Below are positions 26,482 to 36,591 of a stretch of DNA of 64,000 nt, in pieces. Numbering within the stretch: position 1 is the stretch's first letter; every line of letters starts with the position of its first letter. This DNA comes from Chthoniobacterales bacterium (lineage in GTDB: Bacteria; Verrucomicrobiota; Verrucomicrobiia; Chthoniobacterales; JACTMZ01): assembly GCA_044343805.1 (NCBI GenBank), contig JBIJDZ010000001.1, positions 7,722 through 71,721 on the forward strand, written 5' to 3'. A model generated the notes under the pieces. That model saw nothing but the letters and a program-made list of their open reading frames with translations, did no database searches and was not told the DNA's origin. The position numbers and the translations under genes are program-made.

Positions 26482-27974
26482 CCGACCTCCTCGACTTCAA
26501 CGACGTGTTTTTGTCCTTGGATATGCATGAGATAGCGTCTTGGGCGTCCACCCGAGGAGGACGGATGGTTGGGGGCGGGCACGCACGGCGACGCAGACCG
26601 TGCCGGCGCCGCCGCTTTCTGCTCAACAGGTTTTTCGCCGCGGAGCAAGCGCTCCGTTTCCACCGGGAACATGGCAAAAAGCACGGCGGTCTCGTCATCC
26701 ACCGGGAGCCCTTTTTCTTTCAATTTGTTGCGCAGGGCGGGCATTCCCGGATCGAGCAAATCGGCCGGGCGCACTGTCACTGCCTGCTTGCCGCTTTGCT
26801 TTTCAACCAAGGCAAGCAGTTCCTGATCCACCGGCCCCGGGGTCCTGCCATATTTGCCAAGCACAACGTCTTGCGCCGGCTGGGAAATCATTTTCCAGCG
26901 TCCGAACTTCACGTTTAGCATGGCCTGGGTACCGACAATCTGTGATGTCGGCGTGACCAGCGGGATGTAACCGAGCGCGGCGCGCACAACCGGCATCTCC
27001 TTGAGCACTTCGTCGTAGCGCTCCGCCATGCCCTGCTCTTTGAGTTGGTTGCGAAAATTGCTGAGCATGCCGCCCGGCACTTGGTAAGTGAGAATATCAA
27101 CATCGACCCGCTCGTTAGCAGGACTAGTGAAGGCTTTGAGATCCTGATATACATTTTCGAAATGGGCGCGCAGCCGTGCGAGACGATCGCGATCGTAGTC
27201 CGGACAACGCGGATGCCCCTCGAGCAGTACCATCATGCGCAGGGTGTCAGGTTGTGATGTGCCATTGGCAAATGGAACGATCGATGTCTCGACGGCATCA
27301 ACCCCCGCATCGACGGCTGCGATATAAGCCGATGCAGCCAGACCCGCAGTGTCATGGCTGTGGAGAATAATCGGCACACCAAGTCTCTTTTTCAGAGCAG
27401 AGACCAGTTCATACGCAACCTTCGGCGTGATGAGGCCGGCCATGTCCTTGATGCTTACGGACTGGCAACCGAGTTCAACCAGCGCTTGTCCGAACTCGAC
27501 GAATGCGGCGATCGTGTGCACGGGGCTGATCGTGTAGCAGATCTCTCCGCGCGCATGTTTGCCGGCGGCCAGTGTGGTGCGGACCGCCGTCTCGAGGTTG
27601 CGTGGGTCGTTCAACGCATCGAAAATGCGCAGAACATCCATACCGCGCTTGGCTGTGCAGTTGACGAAGGTTTCGACCACGTCGTCGGGGAAGCTGGTGT
27701 ATTGGACGATATTTTGCCCGCGCAACAACATGCTGTGCGGCGTTCTCGGTGCGCCATTTTTCAAGGCGGTGATTCGCTCGAAAGGATTTTCCCCCAGATA
27801 GCGGAGACAAGAATCAATCGTCGCCCCTCCCCACGTCTCGAGTTGGTAAAACCCCAAGGCGTCGAGGTTCTCAAGAGCGGCGAGCATCTGCCCGGTTTTC
27901 ATACGCGTCGCCGCGAGTGATTGGTGCCCATCTCGGAGCACCGTGTTGGTGAAGGCAACGCGATGTTTGCTCAT
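26478..27974 (-). CDS. Carboxyltransferase 5S-subunit-like protein (pyruvate/oxaloacetate carboxyltransferase domain, no biotinyl domain)
   Basis: FTNTVLRDGHQSL…IKDMAGL…LHSHDTAGLA, the HMGL-like carboxyltransferase pattern. The C-terminus lacks an AMKM biotinylation motif. Confidence 0.85.
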   Translation of the reverse strand: MSKHRVAFTNTVLRDGHQSLAATRMKTGQMLAALENLDALGFYQLETWGGATIDSCLRYLGENPFERITALKNGAPRTPHSMLLRGQNIVQYTSFPDDVVETFVNCTAKRGMDVLRIFDALNDPRNLETAVRTTLAAGKHARGEICYTISPVHTIAAFVEFGQALVELGCQSVSIKDMAGLITPKVAYELVSALKKRLGVPIILHSHDTAGLAASAYIAAVDAGVDAVETSIVPFANGTSQPDTLRMMVLLEGHPRCPDYDRDRLARLRAHFENVYQDLKAFTSPANERVDVDILTYQVPGGMLSNFRNQLKEQGMAERYDEVLKEMPVVRAALGYIPLVTPTSQIVGTQAMLNVKFGRWKMISQPAQDVVLGKYGRTPGPVDQELLALVEKQSGKQAVTVRPADLLDPGMPALRNKLKEKGLPVDDETAVLFAMFPVETERLLRGEKPVEQKAAAPARSASPCVPAPNHPSSSGGRPRRYLMHIQGQKHVVEVEEVG

Positions 27975-28084
27975 TAGCTGTTCTAATAGTTAGCATAAAA
28001 CTTTTGCCAGCCAAGAAAAACCGGTAGTTCGGTACAAACATTTGCTGTTCCCACAACCAGCACTTAGAATCGAAAAGCATACTC

Positions 28085-29140
28085 ATGACTGCTCTTGCCT
28101 TCGCCGTGGCTTTTACTCTCGGCGTTTCTTTTTTCTGTTCACTGCTTGAAGCCATGTTCCTTAGCTCGACTTCGGCCGAGGTCGAGGCGCTCAAAGAAAA
28201 GCACCCACGCCGCGGTCTTCTCTTCGAGGATTCCCGGAACAACATGGAAGAGACGATCTCTTCGATTTTGACCCTTAACACGATCGCCAACACCCTTGGT
28301 GCCGTGATGGTCGGCGGTATCGCCACCAAGCTTTTTGGCGACGCGATGCTGGGCGTCATATCGGGATTGATGACTTTAGCCATCTTGATTTTTTCAGAGG
28401 TGATTCCGAAAAATCTCGGTGTTGCCTACCGGAAAATTTTACAGAAGCACGCGGCCTATCCCCTTTACTTGATGCGGAGATTGCTGCGTCCCCTCACCCA
28501 TTTTTGCAACATTCTAGTTCGTGCCATCATCCGACACAAACCTGATGAAGGCGCCTCCGACCGTGAGATCGTTCTTCTCGCCGAAAAAGGCGCCCGCGAG
28601 GGCACATTGACCGGTGGTGAACGCGACCTCATCCAGAATGCCCTCACTCTCTCCACCACCCGTGTCTCCGACATCTTGACTCCGCGAAATGTCGTGGTGG
28701 CTTTGGAAGATACCCAGACTGCAGAGGATATTTTGGCCGAGCATCCCACAATTCGCTTCAGCCGCATGCCGGTTCATGCCGGAACGATGGATGAAATCAC
28801 AGGTCTGGCCCGTCGGCGTGACATCCTGCACAGCATCGCCACCGGCCACGGTGACCGCACAATAAAACAACTGCAGCAACCCGTCTCCTTCGTCCCGGAA
28901 ATGGCCACCGCCGCAAGCGCCCTGCAAACCCTCCTTACGGCCAACCAGCAGCTCGCTGCCGTCGTAGATGAATACGGCGGATTTGTCGGGGTCGTCTCAA
29001 TCGAAGATATTGTTGAGCACTTGATTGGCCGGGAGATTTACGAGAAGGATGATGTCGCCGTGGATATGCGTGCCCTTGCGCGCCGCCGCGGACGCCTCCG
29101 CCACCGGAATCCCGATTTGCACGTCACCCCAAAACCATGA
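28085..29140 (+). CDS. CNNM/DUF21 membrane domain plus CBS-pair protein (TlyC/CorC-like)
   Basis: An N-terminal four-helix DUF21 region (FFCSLLEAMFLS…) is followed by two CBS-like repeats. No CorC_HlyC C-terminal domain is apparent. Confidence 0.8.
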   Translation: MTALAFAVAFTLGVSFFCSLLEAMFLSSTSAEVEALKEKHPRRGLLFEDSRNNMEETISSILTLNTIANTLGAVMVGGIATKLFGDAMLGVISGLMTLAILIFSEVIPKNLGVAYRKILQKHAAYPLYLMRRLLRPLTHFCNILVRAIIRHKPDEGASDREIVLLAEKGAREGTLTGGERDLIQNALTLSTTRVSDILTPRNVVVALEDTQTAEDILAEHPTIRFSRMPVHAGTMDEITGLARRRDILHSIATGHGDRTIKQLQQPVSFVPEMATAASALQTLLTANQQLAAVVDEYGGFVGVVSIEDIVEHLIGREIYEKDDVAVDMRALARRRGRLRHRNPDLHVTPKP

Positions 29141-29856
29141 AAATATTTTACGCTCTTATCCTGCTTGCCACAACTCCGGCACTCGCGGTGAACTCAAATG
29201 ATCACCCACCCGCACTCACCGTAAACGGACGCGGCGAAGTGCGCGTCGAAAACACCATCGCTGTTGTGCAACTCGGCTTCGAGGCCGCCGGCCCCGACAA
29301 TGCCGAGGTCCGGGCCGATGTTTCCAAACGCTCAGCTGCTGTCGTCGCCGCTCTCAAAGAGGAAAAGATCGAACGGCTACAAACCACAGCCATTAACATC
29401 CGCCCGCAGTTTGATTACGGACAATCCACCGCAGGCAACAAACGCCAAGCACCCAAAATCACAGGCTACATCGGGCAAGTGACCGTAAGTTTCTCCGCTC
29501 CCGTCGAGGAAGCCGGGCAAATAATATCGTCCGCTCTCTCGCTCGGGGCCAACTCCGTGGCCAACATGTCCACAGAGCCCACGATCACCGCCCGTCGCGC
29601 TGCCGAAGATGAAGCGCTCAAGCTTGCAGCGAAGGATGCGGAAGACCAAGCCAAAGCACTTTTATCCGCGCTCCAGCTCGAGTGGGCGGGCGTTCTTTCG
29701 ATCAATGCGACAGGTCAACCACCCGGCCCCAGCCCCATGCCGCGCATGATGATGGCAGAAGCGGCAATGTCAGACTCACCCAACCTCGGTGTTGAGGGCG
29801 GCGAAACCGTTATCATCCGCGAAGTCACGATGCAGGTCAGATTCCGCGAGAAGTGA
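29137..29856 (+). CDS. SIMPL (DUF541) domain periplasmic protein
   Basis: Signal peptide, then LTVNGRGEVRVENTIAVVQLGFE…, typical of SIMPL / 26-kDa periplasmic immunogenic proteins. ATGA overlap with the upstream gene. Confidence 0.75.
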   Translation: MKIFYALILLATTPALAVNSNDHPPALTVNGRGEVRVENTIAVVQLGFEAAGPDNAEVRADVSKRSAAVVAALKEEKIERLQTTAINIRPQFDYGQSTAGNKRQAPKITGYIGQVTVSFSAPVEEAGQIISSALSLGANSVANMSTEPTITARRAAEDEALKLAAKDAEDQAKALLSALQLEWAGVLSINATGQPPGPSPMPRMMMAEAAMSDSPNLGVEGGETVIIREVTMQVRFREK

Positions 29857-29879
29857 ATGTTCCCCGCAACTGCGGAAGC

Positions 29880-30224
29880 TCATTGTTGCGTCAATGAGGG
29901 TAAAACGCCCGGCACGATTCCGAAAACCCAATCTGTCACGGTGAAAACCATCAGTGGAACAGGAACAACAAAAAGCAGATTCGCGAAACTGCCCGCCCTC
30001 CTGCCGGGCAGGGCCTCGGCATCAATCCACTGGCTAATACAAGAACCATCGGCGGGGTACGGACCTGCAGCATGAACGTGCAGCTTGCCGAGATAACACC
30101 AAGCCACCGGTCTCATGCCAGACGACAGCTCGGTTACGAGCACCAACACAAAAAGCAACGGCGCCAGCCTCCGTCCCATCCGCACCGCTCGGCTGACCGC
30201 TGTCTCCCTGCATCGCGCAGCCAT
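29880..30224 (-). CDS. Hypothetical small membrane protein (weak call)
   Basis: This is the longest ORF in a 514-nt gap. It has hydrophobic N- and C-terminal segments and an alternative start at 30179 (MGRRLAPLLFVLVLV…). Competing ORFs exist on both strands. Confidence 0.25.
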   Translation of the reverse strand: MAARCRETAVSRAVRMGRRLAPLLFVLVLVTELSSGMRPVAWCYLGKLHVHAAGPYPADGSCISQWIDAEALPGRRAGSFANLLFVVPVPLMVFTVTDWVFGIVPGVLPSLTQQ

Positions 30225-30370
30225 GCCAAATCCCGCCAGCCAAGTCCTCGTAACGACACCCTGCTATTTGAGTCTTGTGACCATGGACAAACTGTCAGCT
30301 CGTTTCATACCAGTATAAATCCATCCACAGTTGTTTCCTAATTCCGCCCCACCCGCTAAACATCCATCCC

Positions 30371-32851
30371 ATGTCAGCCCCGAAGCTTACCCCCATGATG
30401 CGCCAATATCTGGAGATTCGGCGAGGCCTGCCGCCGAACACGCTGCTACTTTTCCGCCTCGGGGATTTTTACGAGATGTTCTTTGATGACGCTCGCGAAG
30501 CCTCGTCCATCCTCAACGTTGCCCTGACAAAGCGCGGAGACACACCGATGTGCGGCGTTCCACACCACAGCGCCCGCAGCTATGTGGCCAAACTCGTCGA
30601 ATCAGGAAAACGCGTGGCCATCTGCGACCAAGTCGGCGAGGTCGTTCCCGGCAAACTGGTCCACCGCGAAGTATCGCGCATCCTCAGCGCCGGAACGCTG
30701 GATGATTTCGGTCTCGAGGATAACCGCCACAATTATCTCGCTTCTGCTGTCCCCGGAAAATCGGCAACCGGCCTCGCTTGGATCGACCTCAGCACGGGTG
30801 TTTTTCGGTTGGCTGAAGTCTCAACGCCCGCTCTTTTGTCCGACCAACTCGCCCGTCTGCAACCGAGCGAACTCCTCGTGCCAGACAACTCCGTCCATCT
30901 GCTCTCCCTTCCTCAACCCGCGACATCCCACGACGCCTACGCCTTCGATCTTGCGCAAGCAACCGATCTTTTGCGGGATCATTTTCGCGTGCAGTCATTG
31001 GATGGCTTCGGCTGCGCCGAGCTTCCCTTGGGTGTTTCAGCCGCAGGAGCATTGTTGCACTATGTGACCCGCATCCTGCGACGTGAAGCCAAGCACCTCT
31101 CGCCACCCAAACCCTGGCATGCGGATGACTACGTCCTTTTGGATGCCGTCACCCAGTCGAACCTCGAGCTGGTGGACACACGAAGCGCGAGCGGAACCAG
31201 CTTGCGCAGCGCAGTCGACCGGACTCTCACCCCGATGGGGGGACGACTCTTGCGTGGATGGATTTCGCACCCGCTCAGAGATCTTGAAGCAATCCACGCA
31301 CGGCAAAACCTGATCGCCGCGTTCCATGACGATACGTCGCGCCTTTCGGCTGTGCGGGACATATTACGCGACATCCGCGACATGGAGCGCGCAGCTTCGC
31401 GTCTCAGCCTCGCCTCGGGCAACGCCCGCGACCTGGTCGCACTCAAGTCCTCCCTCGCTTTGCTGCCCTCCCTTCGCGCCACGCTGGCGGAGGGAGATGA
31501 GACCCCGCTCCTTGCTCTAGCGGCAGATCTTCGTACCTTCGATCCACTGGTAGATCTTCTCGTAGCAGCACTCGTTGACGATCCGCCGCCCACAACCCGA
31601 GAAGGCGGAATGATCCGCGAGGGCTACCACGCCGATCTTGACGAACTCCGCCAGGCTGGAACAAAGGGGCGGCAATGGATCGCCGACCTGCAAGACCGTG
31701 AAATTGCGCGCACCGGCATCAAGTCGCTCAAAATTCGCTACAATTCCGTCTTCGGCTACTACATCGAAATAACCAAAGCGAACCTTGATGCAACACCCCA
31801 GGACTATACACGCAAGCAAACCACCGCCAATGCCGAGCGCTTCATCACACCGGAGTTGAAGGAGATGGAGGGTCGCATTTTAGGTGGAGAAGAGCGCGCT
31901 CGCGCACTCGAGAGCGAGATCTTCCAGGCACTTCGCTCTGCCGTTCTCACGGAACTCGAAGCCCTCCAGCATACCGCTCAAGCTATTGCCCATATTGACG
32001 CCTTATCAGGCCTCGCGGAAACGGCGCGTATATTTGACTACGTGCGCCCTAAACTCTGCACCGGTGGCGCTATCAAAATCACCGACGGTCGTCACCCCGT
32101 GCTCGACCAAACCATGCCGGCAGGGCGCTTTGTGCCAAACGACACCGAAATCGATACGGAAAAACACCGCTTGGTCATTCTCACGGGACCTAACATGGCC
32201 GGCAAAAGCACCTACATCCGACAAGTCGCCCTGCTCGTCCTCCTCGCGCAAACCGGCAGCTTCATCCCTGCAACTGAAGCCGAAATCGGTATCGTCGACC
32301 GCATCTTCACCCGGGTTGGCGCAACCGACGACCTCGCGCGGGGCCAATCCACATTCATGGTCGAAATGAGCGAGACGGCCAACATCCTCAACAATGCAAC
32401 CCAGAAAAGCCTGGTCATTCTTGACGAAATCGGACGTGGGACATCGACTTTTGACGGGCTTTCGATCGCATGGAGCGTGGCGGAGTTCCTTCACGATACG
32501 ACAGGTTGCCGCACGCTTTTTGCCACGCATTACCACGAACTCACCGATCTGGCCCGCACCCGCACCGGCGTCACCAATTGCAACGTCGCCGTCCAAGAGT
32601 GGAACGATGATGTGATCTTCCTGCGCAAAATTATCCCCGGCCCCGCCGACCAAAGTTACGGCATTCAAGTCGCACGCCTTGCCGGTTTGCCTGATCCGAT
32701 CCTCAAGCGTGCGCGGGAAATTCTCGGCAACCTCGAAGCTTCCGAACTCAATGCCGAGGGGAAGCCGGCCTTTGCCGAAAATCGCAAACGCGCCCACAGG
32801 CTGCGAGCCTTCACCGACCAACTTGATTTGTTCGAGGGCGATCAAGCATAG
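30371..32851 (+). CDS. mutS: DNA mismatch repair protein MutS
   Basis: TPMMRQYLEIR…FYEMFFDDA…GPNMAGKSTY…DEIGRGTSTFDG. Confidence 0.95.
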   Translation: MSAPKLTPMMRQYLEIRRGLPPNTLLLFRLGDFYEMFFDDAREASSILNVALTKRGDTPMCGVPHHSARSYVAKLVESGKRVAICDQVGEVVPGKLVHREVSRILSAGTLDDFGLEDNRHNYLASAVPGKSATGLAWIDLSTGVFRLAEVSTPALLSDQLARLQPSELLVPDNSVHLLSLPQPATSHDAYAFDLAQATDLLRDHFRVQSLDGFGCAELPLGVSAAGALLHYVTRILRREAKHLSPPKPWHADDYVLLDAVTQSNLELVDTRSASGTSLRSAVDRTLTPMGGRLLRGWISHPLRDLEAIHARQNLIAAFHDDTSRLSAVRDILRDIRDMERAASRLSLASGNARDLVALKSSLALLPSLRATLAEGDETPLLALAADLRTFDPLVDLLVAALVDDPPPTTREGGMIREGYHADLDELRQAGTKGRQWIADLQDREIARTGIKSLKIRYNSVFGYYIEITKANLDATPQDYTRKQTTANAERFITPELKEMEGRILGGEERARALESEIFQALRSAVLTELEALQHTAQAIAHIDALSGLAETARIFDYVRPKLCTGGAIKITDGRHPVLDQTMPAGRFVPNDTEIDTEKHRLVILTGPNMAGKSTYIRQVALLVLLAQTGSFIPATEAEIGIVDRIFTRVGATDDLARGQSTFMVEMSETANILNNATQKSLVILDEIGRGTSTFDGLSIAWSVAEFLHDTTGCRTLFATHYHELTDLARTRTGVTNCNVAVQEWNDDVIFLRKIIPGPADQSYGIQVARLAGLPDPILKRAREILGNLEASELNAEGKPAFAENRKRAHRLRAFTDQLDLFEGDQA

Positions 32852-32857
32852 CGGCAA

Positions 32858-34273
32858 ATGAACGAACGCCGCATCTCAAGTCAATCATCCACGGCGGGAA
32901 AGCTGCGTGTGGGCCATATCGGCCTGATGCAGATAGTCGGGCAGTGTTTTTCCATCGGGCCACTCATCGACATTGCGCTCTTCCTCGGCATAGTTGCCGC
33001 GCTTGCCGGCGCCTCGGGACCACTTGCCGTGCTTCTGGCGGCAGCCGGAATGATCACCTTCTCAATGGTCATTGCTTATTATGCATCGGAGACCGGAGGC
33101 GCCGGGGCGATCGGAGACTATATCGGCCGGGCTTGGGGGCGGCTTGCCGGAGTCGGCGCATTGGGTATCTACGTTTTCTCGCTGCTTTTCGCAGGAGCTG
33201 CCGGGTTTACCATTGCTGTCGGCGAGTTGGCTGCACGTTTTGCCAAGATCTACACCGGTGTTGATTTTCCATGGTGGATGGGAGCATCGGCCGTGGCCGT
33301 GATTGCTTGGACTCTCAACATCCGCGGGGCCTCGCTCGCGACAAAGGCACAACTGCTCATCGTGAGCGTCTCAGTAATCCCCTTTTTGCTAACAGGCGCA
33401 GCTGCCATTTGGCACGCCGGCCCCTCGAACACACTCAGCGTGTTCATCTGGCCTAACCCTCACGGGAGCGATTTGTTTGGCGCGCTGCTGTTTTCGATTC
33501 TTCTCTTCGGCGGCTTTGAAACCGCGGGCTCTTTGGCTGAGGAGTCGAAAAATCCGCGCCGAAACATTCCGCTGGCACTGGTCGGCACCGTCTCGGCTGC
33601 CGCGCTTTTGCTCGTCTTCTGCTCCTACGCGGGCACTGTTTATTACGGCCCGCAGCACGTCGCCAAGAACTGGGGGGAGGCGATCGATGGCTATGCCCGT
33701 ATCGCCGACAACCTGCTGGGATATTGGGCCGGGTTATGGATTCGTTTGGCTGTACTCGTCGATTTCGCTGCAACCTGTATCGGATTCACCGTGGCGGCCT
33801 CCCGCGGCATCTTTGCCTTGTCTCGCGACCGTTTCTTGCCCCGGAGCTGGGCCAATACCACCAGAAGCGGCTCCCCCAGGACGGCGTCCACGGTTGTTCT
33901 TGTGTGTGCTCTGCTTACTGTGCTGGGCGGATTCCTTGTGCCGGGAGACCAACGTTTCGAAACTCTTTTTGTTGCGGCAACCGCCCAGGCACTCCTCCTC
34001 GTGCTGGTCTACGCGGCCCTGGCTATGGGGGCCCTGCGGCTCATGATCATCAACAAGTCTGGCATGGCTTGGTGGCGCTGGATCATCTTTCCAACAGCTA
34101 TGATCGCCCCTTCGCTGGCACTATACGGAACATTCGTTCCTTTTCCTGAATTTCCAGAAAGCGTCGGCATCTTCATCGCCTTGAGCGCACTGTTCACCGT
34201 GAGTTTTTGGGTCTTCGTTTTGCGATTTCACGCTGACGGGCCGCTTAAACCCGTTCATTCCATCAAAGTCTGA
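32858..34273 (+). CDS. APC-superfamily amino acid/polyamine permease
   Basis: About 12 transmembrane segments in 471 aa, with FGGFETAGSLAEESKNPRRNIP typical of the APC family. Confidence 0.8.
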   Translation: MNERRISSQSSTAGKLRVGHIGLMQIVGQCFSIGPLIDIALFLGIVAALAGASGPLAVLLAAAGMITFSMVIAYYASETGGAGAIGDYIGRAWGRLAGVGALGIYVFSLLFAGAAGFTIAVGELAARFAKIYTGVDFPWWMGASAVAVIAWTLNIRGASLATKAQLLIVSVSVIPFLLTGAAAIWHAGPSNTLSVFIWPNPHGSDLFGALLFSILLFGGFETAGSLAEESKNPRRNIPLALVGTVSAAALLLVFCSYAGTVYYGPQHVAKNWGEAIDGYARIADNLLGYWAGLWIRLAVLVDFAATCIGFTVAASRGIFALSRDRFLPRSWANTTRSGSPRTASTVVLVCALLTVLGGFLVPGDQRFETLFVAATAQALLLVLVYAALAMGALRLMIINKSGMAWWRWIIFPTAMIAPSLALYGTFVPFPEFPESVGIFIALSALFTVSFWVFVLRFHADGPLKPVHSIKV

Positions 34274-34428
34274 CCATTAAAAGCGCAGAGCGCGACAACC
34301 CGTCAGAGTCACCCCCAACTTTTGAAAAAGGCATAAGCCGCAACCGCCAGAAGCCTTCAAGATAAACCACAAAAAAGCGATGCAGCCGTGTTTATTGGGG
34401 TCAAATTCGGTCAACTCTCAAATATCCG

Positions 34429-34986
34429 TCATGAAGATTTGGGAGAGTATCGGGCAATGGCGTCCGAGGTGATGACTCCAATGAACGGCAAATTGCGGAA
34501 GCGCTCCATGTAATCGAGCCCGTAGCCAACCACGAATTCGTTGGGAATATCAAAGCCGACATAATCCGCCTCCAACTCCCTCGCCCGGGGCACATCTTTG
34601 CGAAGAAGCACACAGACCTTGATTGCCCGCGGGTGGGCTTCCTTCATCAGTTTGTCGCGGATAGCGTGAAGGGTGATACCGGTGTCGAGGATGTCGTCGA
34701 GCAACAAGACATACCGGCCGGCCACATCAGGCAAACGAACTTGATTGAATGTCACAACCCCCGTGCTGTTCGCTCCGTGGTAGCTGGAAACACTCAAGCA
34801 TTCCAATCTCAGCGGCATGTCGAGACGGCGCAACAAGTCCGCCCCGAACATGACACTGCCATTGAGAACCGCGACCACGCTTAGCTCACGCCCCAGGAAG
34901 TCGCGCGAGATTTGCGCCGCCATCTCGTCGAGACGCGCAGCGATCGATGCCTCGTCAAAAAGAACGCGTTGAACCTCGTTTCGCAT
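34429..34986 (-). CDS. hpt: Hypoxanthine phosphoribosyltransferase
   Basis: PRPP-binding motif VLLLDDILDTGITL, then FVVGYGLDY. The start at 34986 gives about 185 aa. Confidence 0.9.
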   Translation of the reverse strand: MRNEVQRVLFDEASIAARLDEMAAQISRDFLGRELSVVAVLNGSVMFGADLLRRLDMPLRLECLSVSSYHGANSTGVVTFNQVRLPDVAGRYVLLLDDILDTGITLHAIRDKLMKEAHPRAIKVCVLLRKDVPRARELEADYVGFDIPNEFVVGYGLDYMERFRNLPFIGVITSDAIARYSPKSS

Positions 34987-35022
34987 CTCGCCTCTGCGCC
35001 GGGGCATGGGCGGGCAACCGAA

Positions 35023-35976
35023 TCAAACGCCGAGTGCTTTTTTTACGGCAGGCAACTCGCCGGCCGAACCAAGCATCTTGTTCTTGTGAGCGATAAACTT
35101 CGCGTATTCCTCGACAAAAATTTTGCCGGGAGGGCGGAAATCGAACTCTGCCGGCTTGTCGTGGAAAAACTCACGGTGGACACGGGTCCAAATGAGGCGA
35201 CCGTCCGTGTCGATGTTCACTTTGGTCACACCAAGTTTGGCTGCCGGGAGATACTCGTTTTCATCAACACCCCGGGCACTCTCATCGAGTTGGCCCCCGG
35301 CCGCATTGATGCGCTTGACCTCATCCTGCGGCACGCTGGAGCTGCCGTGCATGACGAGCGGGAAGCCAGGAAGCAACTCTTGGATTTCTTTGAGAACATC
35401 GAAGTGCAAGCTTTGCTGACCTTTGAATTTGTAAGCACCGTGACTAGTGCCGATGGCGCAAGCCAGAGAATCACAACCAGTGCGTTCGACAAACTCTTTG
35501 GCTTCCTTCGGGTTGGTCAGGCAGGCGTGACCTTCATCAACGTGGATGTCTTCCTCGACACCGCCAAGCATGCCGAGCTCGGCTTCGACGCTGATGCCTT
35601 TCGCGTGAGCTCGATCAACTACACGCTTGGTGATGGCTATGTTCTCTTCAAAAGGAGCGTGACTAGCATCGATCATGACCGAGCTGTAAAAGCCGGAGTC
35701 GATACAATCATAGCAGGTCTCTTCGTCACCATGGTCGAGGTGAACAGCGAAAATAGCTTCCGGAAAAATATCCTCAGCCGTGCGAATAAGCGACTCGAGC
35801 ATGCGCTTGTCGGCATACTTGCGGGCGCCCTTCGAAAGTTGGATAATAAAAGGAGCTTGGCTGTCTATACAGCCTTTGAACAAACCCAGTGTTTGCTCCA
35901 TGTTGTTGATGTTGTAGGCCCCAACAGCGTATTTGCCGTAAGCCACTTTGAAGAGTTGTGCAGTCGTTACAATCAT
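35023..35976 (-). CDS. fba: Fructose-bisphosphate aldolase, class II
   Basis: GAYNINNMEQ…HLDHG…LVMHGSSSVP…INIDTD. Confidence 0.9.
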   Translation of the reverse strand: MIVTTAQLFKVAYGKYAVGAYNINNMEQTLGLFKGCIDSQAPFIIQLSKGARKYADKRMLESLIRTAEDIFPEAIFAVHLDHGDEETCYDCIDSGFYSSVMIDASHAPFEENIAITKRVVDRAHAKGISVEAELGMLGGVEEDIHVDEGHACLTNPKEAKEFVERTGCDSLACAIGTSHGAYKFKGQQSLHFDVLKEIQELLPGFPLVMHGSSSVPQDEVKRINAAGGQLDESARGVDENEYLPAAKLGVTKVNIDTDGRLIWTRVHREFFHDKPAEFDFRPPGKIFVEEYAKFIAHKNKMLGSAGELPAVKKALGV

Positions 35977-36057
35977 AAGCGAACAGGTATAAAACTAAGC
36001 AATCGCGTTTACGACAAGCGCAAAGGATCTGTGACAGCCTGTTACGGGCAAATCTTT

Positions 36058-36540
36058 TTACTGCCCCCCCGAAAAGATGCGGCAATGCTGTAGAACAATA
36101 TTGCCTGCTTGGTAGCCGAGAAAAGATCCGCTGACAGCGATCACCTGACCGGTTTGGATGAGAGGCTCGGACGAGAGAACATTGCCCGCCGCATCCCGTT
36201 TGCGCTGAATTACTTCACTGTTATCACCGGGTACGTATAGCTCCGTGCGGCTTGATTGATCTTCGTTTTCAAACAAGCACTTGACCACGGAGCCCGGTCC
36301 GTCATCGGTCGAAAGCGTCACGGCGACCGACGGGTCATCAACCGTCATATCACCCGCGGCGATCGCGGAAACAGGACCGGTGACTACGATCATTTTACCC
36401 TGATACTTAGCTTGGGCTGCTGCGGCATCCTGGGAAAATTCCGTGGCGAGCGTCTTCCAATCCAGGGGAGAATCTTGGGCGGAGAGAAGCGAGACTGACA
36501 TAAAGAAAGCAAACACAACAGTGAAGGTGGGATTTTTCAT
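36058..36540 (-). CDS. Secreted OB-fold (tRNA_anti-like) hypothetical protein
   Basis: Signal peptide MKNPTFTVVFAFFMSVSLLSAQD. A.AKYQGKMIVVTG.V resembles tRNA_anti-like OB-fold proteins. Confidence 0.5.
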   Translation of the reverse strand: MKNPTFTVVFAFFMSVSLLSAQDSPLDWKTLATEFSQDAAAAQAKYQGKMIVVTGPVSAIAAGDMTVDDPSVAVTLSTDDGPGSVVKCLFENEDQSSRTELYVPGDNSEVIQRKRDAAGNVLSSEPLIQTGQVIAVSGSFLGYQAGNIVLQHCRIFSGGQ

Positions 36541-36591
36541 AGTGGCCTTATCATGACACGTCGCGGATGTTTGGCAATGCGGAGAAGTGGC

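Noticed and set aside
26478-26560. The C-terminus of the 5S-like carboxyltransferase (…[18 protein letters not shown]), considered as a truncated biotinyl domain, which would suggest a pseudogene or frameshift.
   Set aside because: The ORF ends cleanly in an ATGA overlap with mutA. 5S-type subunits naturally lack the AMKM biotinyl domain, and I see no evidence of a disrupted frame.
32006-32857. A 283-aa ORF on the - strand.
   Set aside because: It is antisense to the mutS ATPase domain.
34912-36093. A 393-aa ORF on the + strand.
   Set aside because: It lies entirely antisense to the well-supported hpt and class II aldolase genes. Its translation is low-complexity with no recognisable motif. 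It is a typical shadow ORF of GC-rich coding DNA.
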